DNA of 64,000 nt, taken from positions 96,001 to 160,000 of the forward strand of contig CBDVDR010000004.1 of assembly GCA_965372795.1 (NCBI GenBank), written 5' to 3'. The notes beneath the pieces are model-generated. The model saw only the letters and a program-made list of their open reading frames with translations. It ran no database searches and had not been told where the DNA came from. The position numbers and the translations under genes were made by a program. Every line of letters begins with the position of its first letter. The first letter of the stretch is position 1. Origin of the DNA: an uncultured bacterium (GTDB lineage: Bacteria; Zixibacteria; MSB-5A5; GN15; FEB-12). This document shows positions 50,054-60,116 of the stretch, in pieces.

Positions 50054-51520
50054 TCAAAAATTACGACGGTAATTTGGAGCTTCTTTAGTAATCGGTACCG
50101 AATGAGGATGAGATTCAACCGCGCCGGCTGAAGTAATTCTGGTAAATTTCGAATTCTTACTAAACTCCCCTAAATTAGTTGCCCCGCAAATTCCCATACC
50201 GGCACGAAGCCCGCCAACTAATTGATAAACTGAATCTGACAAAACACCTTTAAAAGGCACCCGTCCTTCGATTCCTTCAGGAACAAATTTTGAACTTTCT
50301 TCTTCATGATCCTGGAAATACCTGTCTTTGCTTCCCTGCTTCATGGCTCCAACCGAGCCCATTCCACGATATACTTTAAATGTCCGTCCTTCATACAAGA
50401 CTGTTTCGCCGGGTGATTCTTCAACTCCGGCAAAAAGAGAGCCAATCATTATCGCCTGGGCTCCACAAGCTAATCCTTTGGCAATATCCCCGGAGTACCT
50501 GATCCCGCCGTCACCAATGACCGGAATATTTTGGCTTTTAGCAGCCTCCACCGCATTCATAATTGCCGTAACCTGAGGAACTCCTGCTCCGGTTACAACT
50601 CTTGTAGTACAGATTGAACCGGGACCTATTCCGACTTTGATTGAATCGGCTCCGGCATCTATCAGAGCTTTGGCTCCTTCGGTGGTTGCAATATTACCAG
50701 CCATCACCGGAGTATCCGGAAATTTTTTCTTTATTCTGGAGACAGCATTCAATACACCCTGACTATGTCCGTGTGAACTATCAACAACCAGTAAATCAAC
50801 ACCGGCAGTAATTAACCCTTGCGCTCTTGCTTCCAAATCAGATCCAACTCCAACGGCAGCACCAACTCTTAATCTTCCCCGGTCATCTTTACAGGCTTCA
50901 GGATATTGAATTTTTTTCATAATATCCTTAACCGTGATCATCCCCTTAAGATTGAAACCTTCATCAACAATAAGTAATTTTTCAATTCTGTGTTTATGTA
51001 ATATCTCCTGAGCCGTTTCTAAATTAGTTCCTTCTTTTACAGTCACCAGATTTTCAGAAGTCATTACCTCAGAAATTTTCATGGTTGTATCTTTTATAAA
51101 CCTTAAATCACGATTAGTAAGGATTCCTACTAATTTCCCCCCCTGAGTAACAGGTATTCCGGAAATAGAAAACTTTGACATTACTTCAAGGGCTTGACTT
51201 ATAGTTCTGTCAGGCGGAAGAGTAATCGGGTCAACAATCATTCCTGATTCTGATCTTTTTACTTTATCAATCTCATTTGACTGAGCAGAGATACTCATAT
51301 TCTTATGGATGACTCCAAGGCCGCCTTGTCGAGCCAAAGCAATTGCAAGTCTTGATTCAGTCACCGTATCCATTGCTGATGAGATTAATGGTATATTAAG
51401 TATTAACCCCTTCGCAATAGTAGTACTTACATCAACATCCTTGGGAAGCACCTTTGAATGTGCCGGAACTAAAAGGACATCATCAAATGTAAGGGCTATT
51501 TTTTCGAGTATCTCGACCAT
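50054..51520 (-). CDS. guaB: IMP dehydrogenase
   Basis: [13 protein letters not shown] pair, [24 protein letters not shown]. Confidence 0.98.
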   Translation of the reverse strand: MVEILEKIALTFDDVLLVPAHSKVLPKDVDVSTTIAKGLILNIPLISSAMDTVTESRLAIALARQGGLGVIHKNMSISAQSNEIDKVKRSESGMIVDPITLPPDRTISQALEVMSKFSISGIPVTQGGKLVGILTNRDLRFIKDTTMKISEVMTSENLVTVKEGTNLETAQEILHKHRIEKLLIVDEGFNLKGMITVKDIMKKIQYPEACKDDRGRLRVGAAVGVGSDLEARAQGLITAGVDLLVVDSSHGHSQGVLNAVSRIKKKFPDTPVMAGNIATTEGAKALIDAGADSIKVGIGPGSICTTRVVTGAGVPQVTAIMNAVEAAKSQNIPVIGDGGIRYSGDIAKGLACGAQAIMIGSLFAGVEESPGETVLYEGRTFKVYRGMGSVGAMKQGSKDRYFQDHEEESSKFVPEGIEGRVPFKGVLSDSVYQLVGGLRAGMGICGATNLGEFSKNSKFTRITSAGAVESHPHSVPITKEAPNYRRNF

Positions 51521-51557
51521 TGTAAAAATATTCCTTCGATTATTATATTAAAGCTTT

Positions 51558-52274
51558 CTAATTCGTTTCGTTATGATCCCAATACATGATTCTTCCGCAA
51601 TGATCACAAGTCAGTACCAAATCAGCCTTTTTAATCTCTTGAACTTTTTTTGGTGTCAATGCTTTATAACAGGCACCGCATGCCCGTTTTTTTACAGAAA
51701 CAACAACCGTTCCGCCTTTGCCTTTTCGTACTCGATCATAAATACTAAGAGTTCTTTTAGGAATTGAAGAAGAGATATCACCTCTATCATTCATCTTATC
51801 AGCCATACGATTGCCGATAGTATCGATTTTTTCCTGAAGAATCTGGAGTTGTTTAGAATTATTTTCTTCAACACTGTCCAGTTTTTCTTTCTGTGAAACA
51901 ATATCTTTTTCAAATTCTGCCATCTGATCAATAACTTCCAACAGATTCGTCTCTATTGAAGAAATCCCTTCTTTAACACTATCAATTTGAGCAACTAAAG
52001 CATCGTATTCTTTATTTGTTTTGATAGACATCATCTGTTGTTGAAATTTTTGAAGATCAGCTTCTTTAGTCTGCATATCCAACTCAAGCTGAGCTTGTTT
52101 TACTTTCCCGTCTTCAAGATTCTGAGTGGTTTGATCCACATTATCTTTGGACTCATTTAATTCCTTTTTGAGGTTATCCATCATATCGGGCAGATATTCT
52201 TTAGATCTTTCCAACTCACCAATATCATAATCGATAACTTGAAGTTTCAACAACAGTTCGAGGTCGTTGTTCAT
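51558..52274 (-). CDS. C4-type zinc-ribbon coiled-coil protein (DUF164/CdsZ-like)
   Basis: Long coiled coil with KEYDAL; CGAC...CDHCGRI; AAGGAGG RBS before ATG 52274. Confidence 0.9.
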   Translation of the reverse strand: MNNDLELLLKLQVIDYDIGELERSKEYLPDMMDNLKKELNESKDNVDQTTQNLEDGKVKQAQLELDMQTKEADLQKFQQQMMSIKTNKEYDALVAQIDSVKEGISSIETNLLEVIDQMAEFEKDIVSQKEKLDSVEENNSKQLQILQEKIDTIGNRMADKMNDRGDISSSIPKRTLSIYDRVRKGKGGTVVVSVKKRACGACYKALTPKKVQEIKKADLVLTCDHCGRIMYWDHNETN

Positions 52275-52327
52275 TGGCACCTCCTTCTTTATAGCATCTA
52301 CTTTCATTTCTCTCCAATCATTTGATA

Positions 52328-52367
52328 ACAAAAAACGCATTCACCTGTTCACCAAGTAAATGCGTTG
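52328..52367 (-). terminator. Hairpin with T tract between the tRNAs and the zinc-ribbon gene
   Basis: AACGCATTTAC...GTGAATGCGTT followed by a T run on the minus strand. Confidence 0.6.
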
Positions 52368-52467
52368 TATTCTCTTTTTCACCGCTTTCCATTTTTCTTT
52401 TTAAAGGCAAAGCAGTTATATAATAAATCTTTTTTAATCGTCTTAAATCCATGTTTCTCACAAATTA

Positions 52468-52541
52468 TGGGCAATACTGGAATCGAACCAGTGACCTCTC
52501 GGATGTGAACCGAACGCTCTAACCAACTGAGCTAATTGCCC
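52468..52541 (-). tRNA. tRNA-Val(CAC)
   Basis: GGGCAATTAGCTCAGTTGGTTAGAGC...TT-CAC-AT...GGTTCGATTCC...TTGCCCA; CCA not encoded. Confidence 0.93.
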
Positions 52542-52554
52542 GAGTCTATTACTC

Positions 52555-52628
52555 TGGGCCCTGTAGGACTCGAACCTACGACCCGCTGATTATGAGTCAG
52601 CTGCTCTAACCAACTGAGCTAAGGGCCC
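52555..52628 (-). tRNA. tRNA with CAT anticodon, probably tRNA-Ile2 (lysidine-modified)
   Basis: GGGCCCTTAGCTCAGTTGGTTAGAGCAGCTGACT-CAT-AATCAGC...GGTTCGAGTCC...GGGCCCA; G1-C72 paired, so not an initiator; CCA not encoded. Confidence 0.9.
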
Positions 52629-52646
52629 TTTATAGTCGAGTCTCGC

Positions 52647-52675
52647 AATTTAATTCGAATCTATCAGTCAGTCAA
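52647..52675 (-). promoter_or_regulatory. Sigma70-type promoter of the tRNA pair
   Basis: TTGACT-N17-TAAATT just upstream of the CAT tRNA. Confidence 0.5.
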
Positions 52676-52799
52676 GCGAATTATAATTGTCCTTCAACAT
52701 CCTTTTTAAATAATATCGGCAATTATAACTATCTCAGTTAAATTACTTTCAGAAATCTACACTTTTTTACTCTTTGAGCCAAGCATCTTTCCCGAAATG

Positions 52800-53960
52800 T
52801 TAATTCTGGCTCAAATTCTTAATCGCTTGCCGGATCATTTCGGTTTCACAAGCGTATGAAAACCTAATCGCTTTATTATCATCAAGAAATATATCACCGG
52901 GAACAGATCCCAAAGAATATTCATCAATTAAGTGATTTACCAGATCCCAGGCAGAATCAGACCATTTTTCGGTTATCTGAGCATATAAATAAAAGGCTCC
53001 TCCCGGTGGAGTATCACATTTCAAATATGGAGATGCTTTTATGCCATCAAATAAAAGATTCCTACGTTCCAGATAAATATCTTTCATCTCATTGATACAA
53101 TTTTGAGGACCATTTAAAGCCGCCACCCCGCCATATTGCGAAGGAGTAGAAACACCGTTGATAGTGTATAGAATCATTTTCTTAATGTTATCAGCAAATT
53201 CTGATGAACTGCAAACTACATATCCAAGCCGCCACCCGGTCATCGCATAACTTTTTGAGAATGTGAAACAGGTTATGATTTTGTTCCGGACTTTAGCTGG
53301 GAAATCCTTTGCAAGTGACGCTATACTAACATGTTCCGACTCATAAATGATATCTTCATAAGCTTCGTCAGAGATAATATATAAATCATTTTCCTCAGCT
53401 ATTTTTAATAATTCAAGCAGCAACTCTTTGGTAATAACCCCTCCGGTCGGATTCTGGGGAGAATTGATTAAAATCGCCTTCGTGGATGGCGTTAGGCTAT
53501 TTTTTAATTCATCCATATCCCAATTATAGCCTAATTCAGGGCGCAATTTTACTTTTTTAAGTTTCCCCCCAGCCAGTTTAATCATCCAGGCAGTGGCGGT
53601 CCAGTTGGGTTGAGGGATGATAACTTCATCACCCGGGTTGAGTATTGTTCGCATTGTGCAATAAATTCCATGCATACCGCCATTTGTAACCACGACCTTC
53701 CCAAGACCATCAAGATAATCAATACCATTTTTTTCTGTAACTTTTTTAATAATAGCTTCTTTTAACGGTTTAATACCTGTCGAAGGTGCATAATGGGTTT
53801 GATTGTCAGTAAGAGCTTTAAACATAGCTTCTTTAATATGTGATGGAGTATCAAATGATGGTTCGCCTGATTCTAACCTTAAGGGATTGTCAAGTTGCAG
53901 TAACCGATCTCGAACCGTAACAATGCCTGAAAAAACTACATCTGGTAGTTCTCTATTCAA
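52800..53960 (-). CDS. PLP-dependent aminotransferase class I/II
   Basis: GEP.F.TP, NSPQNPTG, SDEAY, TFSKSYAMTGWRLGY. Confidence 0.92.
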   Translation of the reverse strand: MNRELPDVVFSGIVTVRDRLLQLDNPLRLESGEPSFDTPSHIKEAMFKALTDNQTHYAPSTGIKPLKEAIIKKVTEKNGIDYLDGLGKVVVTNGGMHGIYCTMRTILNPGDEVIIPQPNWTATAWMIKLAGGKLKKVKLRPELGYNWDMDELKNSLTPSTKAILINSPQNPTGGVITKELLLELLKIAEENDLYIISDEAYEDIIYESEHVSIASLAKDFPAKVRNKIITCFTFSKSYAMTGWRLGYVVCSSSEFADNIKKMILYTINGVSTPSQYGGVAALNGPQNCINEMKDIYLERRNLLFDGIKASPYLKCDTPPGGAFYLYAQITEKWSDSAWDLVNHLIDEYSLGSVPGDIFLDDNKAIRFSYACETEMIRQAIKNLSQN

Positions 53961-54613
53961 AAATTCACCTCTAAAATTGATTCGTTAGTTTCATCTGCTT
54001 GTGTAATAATTTCACCCTCGGGGTTTACAACCATTGAACAACCGCCAAATTCAGTTATATTGTCATTCCCGACCCAATTTATAGCTAAAATATACACATT
54101 ATTGTCTTTTGCGCGTTTTTGGAGAAGTTCTTTCCAGTCCCCAATTCTCACTCGTGGAAAAGCTGCCGGTACAAATATTTTTTCTGCTCCCATTTTTGCG
54201 AGCTGACTGAACAATTCAGGAAACCGAAGGTCATAGCAAATAACAGCCCCGGATTTTCCAAACGGAGTGTCAAATAGAACAAGATCCTCACCCGGAAGAA
54301 ATGTCTCCAGCTCTCCCAAAGGTGGAAAAAGATTTATCTTATTGTATATTTGATATTTACCATTTTGATAATACAAATATGAATTATAAATACCATGTGG
54401 CGTCTGGTATGGAATTCCTATCATTATTGAACAATCAAACTCTTTTAGAGAATGAATAATATTCTCAAATGGTTCAACTTCTCTTTTCTTATACAAATAG
54501 CCCGAACTTCCCAGTTCAGCCAAACAGATCAAATCAGCCCCATCAGACGCTTTTCGAATTGAATCCAGATAATCTGTATTATTAATGTTTTGTTGTATCA
54601 GTTTTAAATTCAT
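53957..54613 (-). CDS. Carbon-nitrogen hydrolase (omega-amidase-like)
   Basis: Glu-Lys-Cys triad motifs LAEL, YNKINL, ICYDLRFPE; 4-bp overlap with the aminotransferase. Confidence 0.88.
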   Translation of the reverse strand: MNLKLIQQNINNTDYLDSIRKASDGADLICLAELGSSGYLYKKREVEPFENIIHSLKEFDCSIMIGIPYQTPHGIYNSYLYYQNGKYQIYNKINLFPPLGELETFLPGEDLVLFDTPFGKSGAVICYDLRFPELFSQLAKMGAEKIFVPAAFPRVRIGDWKELLQKRAKDNNVYILAINWVGNDNITEFGGCSMVVNPEGEIITQADETNESILEVNF

Positions 54614-54852
54614 CTTGCCTTTGAAGGGCTATGTATTTGATGTAAAAACCTATTTCTGGTACAAATAACCATAAATTTGTTAAAAAGTCAATAACGACAA
54701 TAATTTTTATGGACTTTTCTTGTCTATTTTACTATTATTACAAGTAATTCTAATAAAGTTTAATGAAAGTTAGTGACTTTAACTTTATAATTGATTTTTT
54801 AAATAAATTCCCTTTTATTTAAAAGTCACTGACATAATCTGTCACAAAGAAG

Positions 54853-55218
54853 ATGGTAAATATGCTTGTTCTGTTAATTGATGATGAAGAGATGATTTTA
54901 AATCTCGGAAGTAAAATCCTTCATAGAGATGGTCACGAGACTCTTGTTGCAAAATCGGGATCTCTTGGAATTGATATTTTTAAAAAAGAAAAGGTCGATT
55001 TGGTAATAATTGATTATCTCATGGATGGTCTTAGTGGAATCGAAACTCTTAGAGAAATTCGTAAATTGAATTCATCAACCCCATGTGTAATTTCAAGCGG
55101 TATATCCAACATTTCAAATGATATACCTGAAGAACTGCTTGAACATACCTATTTTCTTGAAAAACCTTACAATGCAAGGGATTTTAAGGAATTAGTAGTA
55201 TCAATTCAATATAAATAA
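54853..55218 (+). CDS. Single-domain response regulator receiver
   Basis: LIDDE, IIDYLM, SS, LEKPY. Confidence 0.88.
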   Translation: MVNMLVLLIDDEEMILNLGSKILHRDGHETLVAKSGSLGIDIFKKEKVDLVIIDYLMDGLSGIETLREIRKLNSSTPCVISSGISNISNDIPEELLEHTYFLEKPYNARDFKELVVSIQYK

Positions 55219-55325
55219 CCATCCCTAATTCTATAATTTAAAAATATTCCTTTAAAATACAGAAAATTATGCCTATTTTCCGTCAATTGTATAATATCAA
55301 TCTTTAATGAATTTGAAATTTAAAT

Positions 55326-57689
55326 ATGCAAAATTTTCTTAAAATTATTTTTCTTGTATTACTCTTCTCTTTTCAGAGTGTACCTCAAATTTTGGCTGCT
55401 GATAAATTTATCCAAAAAGTAAAAATCGGCTTTTTTGAAGGTGGGAATTCCCCAACCCATGCCTTGTTGCGGTCTGAGTATAAACGGGTCCTTAAGCAAA
55501 TCCTGCCTGAGGAATATAAAATACAATACACGCCTAATGGGTTTAAAACTGCTCTTTGGAATAGAGACACCTGCCGAACAATGGCAATGGAACTCTCAAA
55601 CTCCAATGATGTGGACATTATTGTTTGTTTCGGACCATGGGTAGTCGAGGAACTTATTGAGGCTGGATGTAAGAAACCGATAATTGCGATTCATCGAATC
55701 CACCCTATAGAAGAAAAACTGATCAATCAAAATAATCAACCGATAGTTGAAAATCTGACCTTTCAATTTAAACCGAACAAAATCCAGGATGATATTTTAG
55801 CTTTTTATGATATTTATCAATTCAAGAAACTGGGAGTGCTACTTTTTCCAACCGGTGATGAACGTAACAATATCATAAAAGAAATTGAGATTATCGGTGA
55901 AAAAGTCGGGTTCGAAGTTTATTCCGCAGAAGGTAACAACAATGTCGGCACCTTCGCCTTTTTCAAATCATTTAACGAACTTAATAAAAAAGAGATTGAT
56001 GCTCTTTATCTGTTCCCTCTATGGGGGCTTGATGTTGTTCAACTCGGTGAATTTCTAAAATTAGTCAACAGCCAGCAAATTCCATCATTTACTTACGAAG
56101 GGAATAATCCGGTTCAAAGGGGAGCCATGGCTTCCAACGGAACCCTTTCATTCATTACTGATGCAAAATTCAACGCCTACAAAACAGTTCAAATAATCCG
56201 TGGGAAATCTCCATCAGAGTTAGAGACTATCTTCCCGGAACGATCAGTGCTGGTTATCAATGAAAAAACAGCAACAACTTGTAATATCGAATTAGATCGA
56301 AAATTTTACTATAATTCAGATATTTTAACACCTCCTCCTTCTGAAGAAATCAATCCGATCTCTCTAATTGATGCCGTATCTTTAGCCTTGGCTCAAAACC
56401 CGGGATATCTGGCAAAATATGATGCTTTGGAAGCAGCCAATCATGCCGCCCGACAAGCTTCAACCGATTTTTATCCAAAGATTGATCTTGGATTGTCAGC
56501 CTTTCATATTGATGACAACAGTGTTAACAATTCTCATAACTGGTATGACAATAATGGCTATGATGCAACGATTACATACGATCAGCAGCTTTTTTCTCTT
56601 GAGAGTATCAAAAAAGCAAAAGCAATCGCTTTTGAAAAAGATTTGACCGAATTAGACCTTAATCAGGCGAAATTAGATCTCGAACTCGCAACAACCAAAG
56701 CATATCTTGATTATCTAAAAACTCAAGAAATATATGCTTTAACAAAACAGAACCGCGAACATATCAATCTTTATTATGAGATTGCCCGTTTAAACTCTGT
56801 TCTCAACAATGCTGATACCGCCGATATCTTCAGGTGGGATAATGAATGGTATAATGCATCTGCTGATGTAATAGATTCCCGATTTAATTTTTTGAAGGCT
56901 CAACTTGTATTTCGAACTCTGCTTAATCTCCCCCCTGAATATGAAATCACACTCGACACAAGTTTGTTTACTACCGAAAACATGCTTGGTGAATACCGGC
57001 AAATTTATAATTACACCGGCACCAAAACAGAACAAATTTTCCTTCAGGATTATCTATACAAAATTGCCTCTTCCCTCCATCCTGAAAAACAGAGCATGAA
57101 TGTAAGGATCAACCTTGTCTCTACTTTGCTTGAAAAAAACAAAGCCCGTTACTATCCAAAAGCGGGCGTCCGCACCTCATTCACCTATGCAGACCGCCTT
57201 AATGATGATTTTCCCGGTATTGAAGAAAAACACAACAGCTGGTCAATTTTAGGTTATTTAAAACTCCCGCTGTTTAGCGGTTTTGATCGCTCCCGTGAAA
57301 AAGCAAAACTAAAGGCAAAGCTGAGTGAAACTGAATACCTTCGAGATGCAAAATCTCTTGAAATTATGAATGCTATCTTTAATAACTTTTATGATATGTT
57401 AAGCAACTCCGATCAAATGCCATCGGCACATCGTTCTCATAAAAAATCCCGGATTGTTTTACAAATTGCGGTTGAAAATTATGAAAGTGAAATAATTTCT
57501 TATATTGAACTTCTTGATGCTCAAAAAAATGCTTATAAATCAGATAATAGAATGATTAATTATCGTTATAATTATTTCAACTCACTTGCAAATCTTGTCA
57601 ATGTAATCGGATTGAGTATGTCAGACCGGTTAATGGGATTCAACCAGTTGTTTATAGAGCAGCTTGAAAACTACAATTCTGAAAATTAA
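55326..57689 (+). CDS. Fusion of a periplasmic ABC substrate-binding-type domain and a TolC/OEP outer-membrane channel
   Basis: Signal peptide; N-half ends IIRGKSPSEL...LVINEKTA; C-half begins ISLIDAVSLALAQNP with FYPKIDL, YYPK, LPLFSGF and ELLDAQ OEP motifs. Confidence 0.75.
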   Translation: MQNFLKIIFLVLLFSFQSVPQILAADKFIQKVKIGFFEGGNSPTHALLRSEYKRVLKQILPEEYKIQYTPNGFKTALWNRDTCRTMAMELSNSNDVDIIVCFGPWVVEELIEAGCKKPIIAIHRIHPIEEKLINQNNQPIVENLTFQFKPNKIQDDILAFYDIYQFKKLGVLLFPTGDERNNIIKEIEIIGEKVGFEVYSAEGNNNVGTFAFFKSFNELNKKEIDALYLFPLWGLDVVQLGEFLKLVNSQQIPSFTYEGNNPVQRGAMASNGTLSFITDAKFNAYKTVQIIRGKSPSELETIFPERSVLVINEKTATTCNIELDRKFYYNSDILTPPPSEEINPISLIDAVSLALAQNPGYLAKYDALEAANHAARQASTDFYPKIDLGLSAFHIDDNSVNNSHNWYDNNGYDATITYDQQLFSLESIKKAKAIAFEKDLTELDLNQAKLDLELATTKAYLDYLKTQEIYALTKQNREHINLYYEIARLNSVLNNADTADIFRWDNEWYNASADVIDSRFNFLKAQLVFRTLLNLPPEYEITLDTSLFTTENMLGEYRQIYNYTGTKTEQIFLQDYLYKIASSLHPEKQSMNVRINLVSTLLEKNKARYYPKAGVRTSFTYADRLNDDFPGIEEKHNSWSILGYLKLPLFSGFDRSREKAKLKAKLSETEYLRDAKSLEIMNAIFNNFYDMLSNSDQMPSAHRSHKKSRIVLQIAVENYESEIISYIELLDAQKNAYKSDNRMINYRYNYFNSLANLVNVIGLSMSDRLMGFNQLFIEQLENYNSEN

Positions 57690-57693
57690 GAAT

Positions 57694-58350
57694 TCAGTTA
57701 ATATAGTTTTCCAATAAATGCCAATAAAGCTTATAGATAATAATTAATGTAACGATTGAAGCTGCAACCGTTCTCATATTTTTCATAAATTTATTGTCTT
57801 TAAACGGTATAATTTCTTTACCATTTCGGACTCTTATAAAAACACGAAAATAATTTATCAACGATGCAAAGATGAATATCAAACTGGCAGCCATACAAAA
57901 TACAATACCAAAATCAAAATAACTTATATAACTTCCAAGCAGTAAAGTTATAGATGCAAAGGCATATTTACCGGTCAAATTTGACGGAATTATTAGATCG
58001 TTTTTTTTCACGAGAGTTGAACCGGCAATAATTATCAGCAGGTCTCTTCCGATAATTATTGAGGCTAACCAGACTGGAAAATCCCGGTAAAAAATTAATA
58101 GCCCGACAATTGCCAATGCCATAACTTTATCCGACAATGGATCGAGAATCAACCCCAGCCGACTAACTTTGTTTAGTTTGCGAGCCAGATAACCGTCTAA
58201 GCCATCAGTAATTCCTGCCAGACCGATAATCAACAGACAATAAACAGGATTCCATTTCCCCCCAGATGCAAGAAAGTACCAGATAAACGGCACCATAAAT
58301 ATCCGGGAGAGACTTAATAAATTGGGTATTTGAATCAAATCTTTTAACAT
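57694..58350 (-). CDS. CDP-alcohol phosphatidyltransferase (PgsA-like)
   Basis: IPNLLSLSR, TDGLDGYLAR...S.LG.ILDPLSDK. Confidence 0.9.
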   Translation of the reverse strand: MLKDLIQIPNLLSLSRIFMVPFIWYFLASGGKWNPVYCLLIIGLAGITDGLDGYLARKLNKVSRLGLILDPLSDKVMALAIVGLLIFYRDFPVWLASIIIGRDLLIIIAGSTLVKKNDLIIPSNLTGKYAFASITLLLGSYISYFDFGIVFCMAASLIFIFASLINYFRVFIRVRNGKEIIPFKDNKFMKNMRTVAASIVTLIIIYKLYWHLLENYIN

Positions 58351-58419
58351 ATTTTATCCATAACAAAGATCAATATGCTGTTTTTTAAGATAAGAAGAAA
58401 GAAAAATGTCTAAAGGCAG

Positions 58420-59046
58420 TTATTGAAATGGAAGATGCTCGTAGATTATCGGTACTAATACTTTTTCAAGATCATCAAGAGCTTTAATACTTTCTTCCTG
58501 ATCTTCAACTATAAAACGAATAAAAGCGACTTCGCGAGGTTCAAACATCAACGAGCTAAGCATCGAGTAAATTTTAAAGATATAATCATTTGAAGTTTCG
58601 CCATAGTTGGTAACATACCAGAAATCCATTACCTGTTTATTTTGATCCTGCTGAATCTGGATTCGTCCGATTGAAAAGCTGCGCTCGTTAATAAATATTA
58701 CTTGTGGTTCTGAATCTTTCAGAACCCAGCCGGAACCGGGCAGACAATTTCTTGGAGAGTGTGGTCCGCCGAAACTTCCTTCAGTAATAAAAAAGTCAAA
58801 TAGGACTTCAACTCGAACCCCGTCACTGTTTGTAAAGTTTGCTGAATAAATTTCTTTAGGTTTTAGCAAATCAAGCACAAAAGCCGGAACATCATTTATC
58901 TCCGCCTTCCAATCGCCTACTTCTTCGGGGAAATTACTAAAATCCACTGAAACGGTGGATTCTGTTTGATAAAATCTTAGTAACATCGCCAAAACGAAAG
59001 TAACAAGTAAAATTGATAATACTATGCTAAACGATTTTTTGCCCAT
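58420..59046 (-). CDS. epsI: EpsI family exosortase-associated protein
   Basis: N-terminal TM; FP..VGDW, HSPRNCLPGSGW, FWY, AFIR; overlaps the exosortase gene. Confidence 0.88.
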   Translation of the reverse strand: MGKKSFSIVLSILLVTFVLAMLLRFYQTESTVSVDFSNFPEEVGDWKAEINDVPAFVLDLLKPKEIYSANFTNSDGVRVEVLFDFFITEGSFGGPHSPRNCLPGSGWVLKDSEPQVIFINERSFSIGRIQIQQDQNKQVMDFWYVTNYGETSNDYIFKIYSMLSSLMFEPREVAFIRFIVEDQEESIKALDDLEKVLVPIIYEHLPFQ

Positions 59047-59882
59047 TTCAACAAGGCTCCTAATATAAATATCAATATTAAAGCGACCAGAAAAACAATC
59101 GTTCCCGAGATTTCATGCAAAAAGCTTTCAGCCAAAGATTTATCGATGGCATAAGCTCCCAGGGCGGTTGTTATTATTCGGAAAATATTTGCGACCACCG
59201 CAATCGGAAATGTTGCCAGAAATAGAACAATTGCAATAGTTTTGCCGTCAAATTTCCAATTGGCATAAAGCGAGCTTAAAGCCAACAGGGTGACTAAAGA
59301 CCTCAACCCGCTACAGGCTTCGGCAACTTCCAAACGATATTCAGGAAGAATAATTATATTTCCATGACGAATGGATGGCACCCCAATATTCTGAAGGAAT
59401 GTATTTGTAACTTCCGATGCGAAAAGCTGCATCGGTGCCGTTGCTGAATAATAAATTATTGAAGGAATTGGGATCATAAATATCAGGAAAAAATACGAGA
59501 ACCAAACTTTTTTAAAATTCATCCAACCCAGATAAAAAATACTTACCCCGGTAAATATGACGACCAGTGAAAATCTGGTTGTAAAATATTCCCCGGCAGC
59601 TATTCCAAAAACATATCCAATACATCCGAGAAGCAATACAATTAGACCTTGAGGAGATGTCTTAGCCGGGAAAACCAATTCATCTCTTTTTTGATAAAAC
59701 AGAAAAATTGAAATTGGTATAATCAGAAATCCATGAGAATAATTATCATCCAAATACCAGTCATATATCAAATCAGAAAAGACCGGCAGGTTAAACAAAA
59801 TAATAACAGTAACAAGGGCGTATATCAATTTATGAGTATTGAGGTGTTCTTTTAAAATATTAATGGTCACAAATTTCTCCAT
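59022..59882 (-). CDS. Exosortase (EpsH family)
   Basis: W...DNYSHG; multi-TM; VAEACSGLRS (Cys), ANIFRI (Arg), FLHE (His); start may be GTG 59870 after GGAG. Confidence 0.9.
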   Translation of the reverse strand: MEKFVTINILKEHLNTHKLIYALVTVIILFNLPVFSDLIYDWYLDDNYSHGFLIIPISIFLFYQKRDELVFPAKTSPQGLIVLLLGCIGYVFGIAAGEYFTTRFSLVVIFTGVSIFYLGWMNFKKVWFSYFFLIFMIPIPSIIYYSATAPMQLFASEVTNTFLQNIGVPSIRHGNIIILPEYRLEVAEACSGLRSLVTLLALSSLYANWKFDGKTIAIVLFLATFPIAVVANIFRIITTALGAYAIDKSLAESFLHEISGTIVFLVALILIFILGALLKWAKNRLA

Positions 59883-60116
59883 ACGCTACTTATCGAATTT
59901 TAATTCAAATAATTAACTTAATCGCCCTAATAGAATTTAGTTCCCTGTTCAAAAGGAACAACATAAAAAACCGCTTTACCTTCCGGCTGAAATATTCTAT
60001 ATATAATTTACACAATGATATAGCTGAAAAGTGACGGGATTTCGATATAACATGGTTTCTTACCATTTAATTAGCCTTAAAAATTTCAATTACTCCTCCA
60101 TTGAAGGACAACAAAT

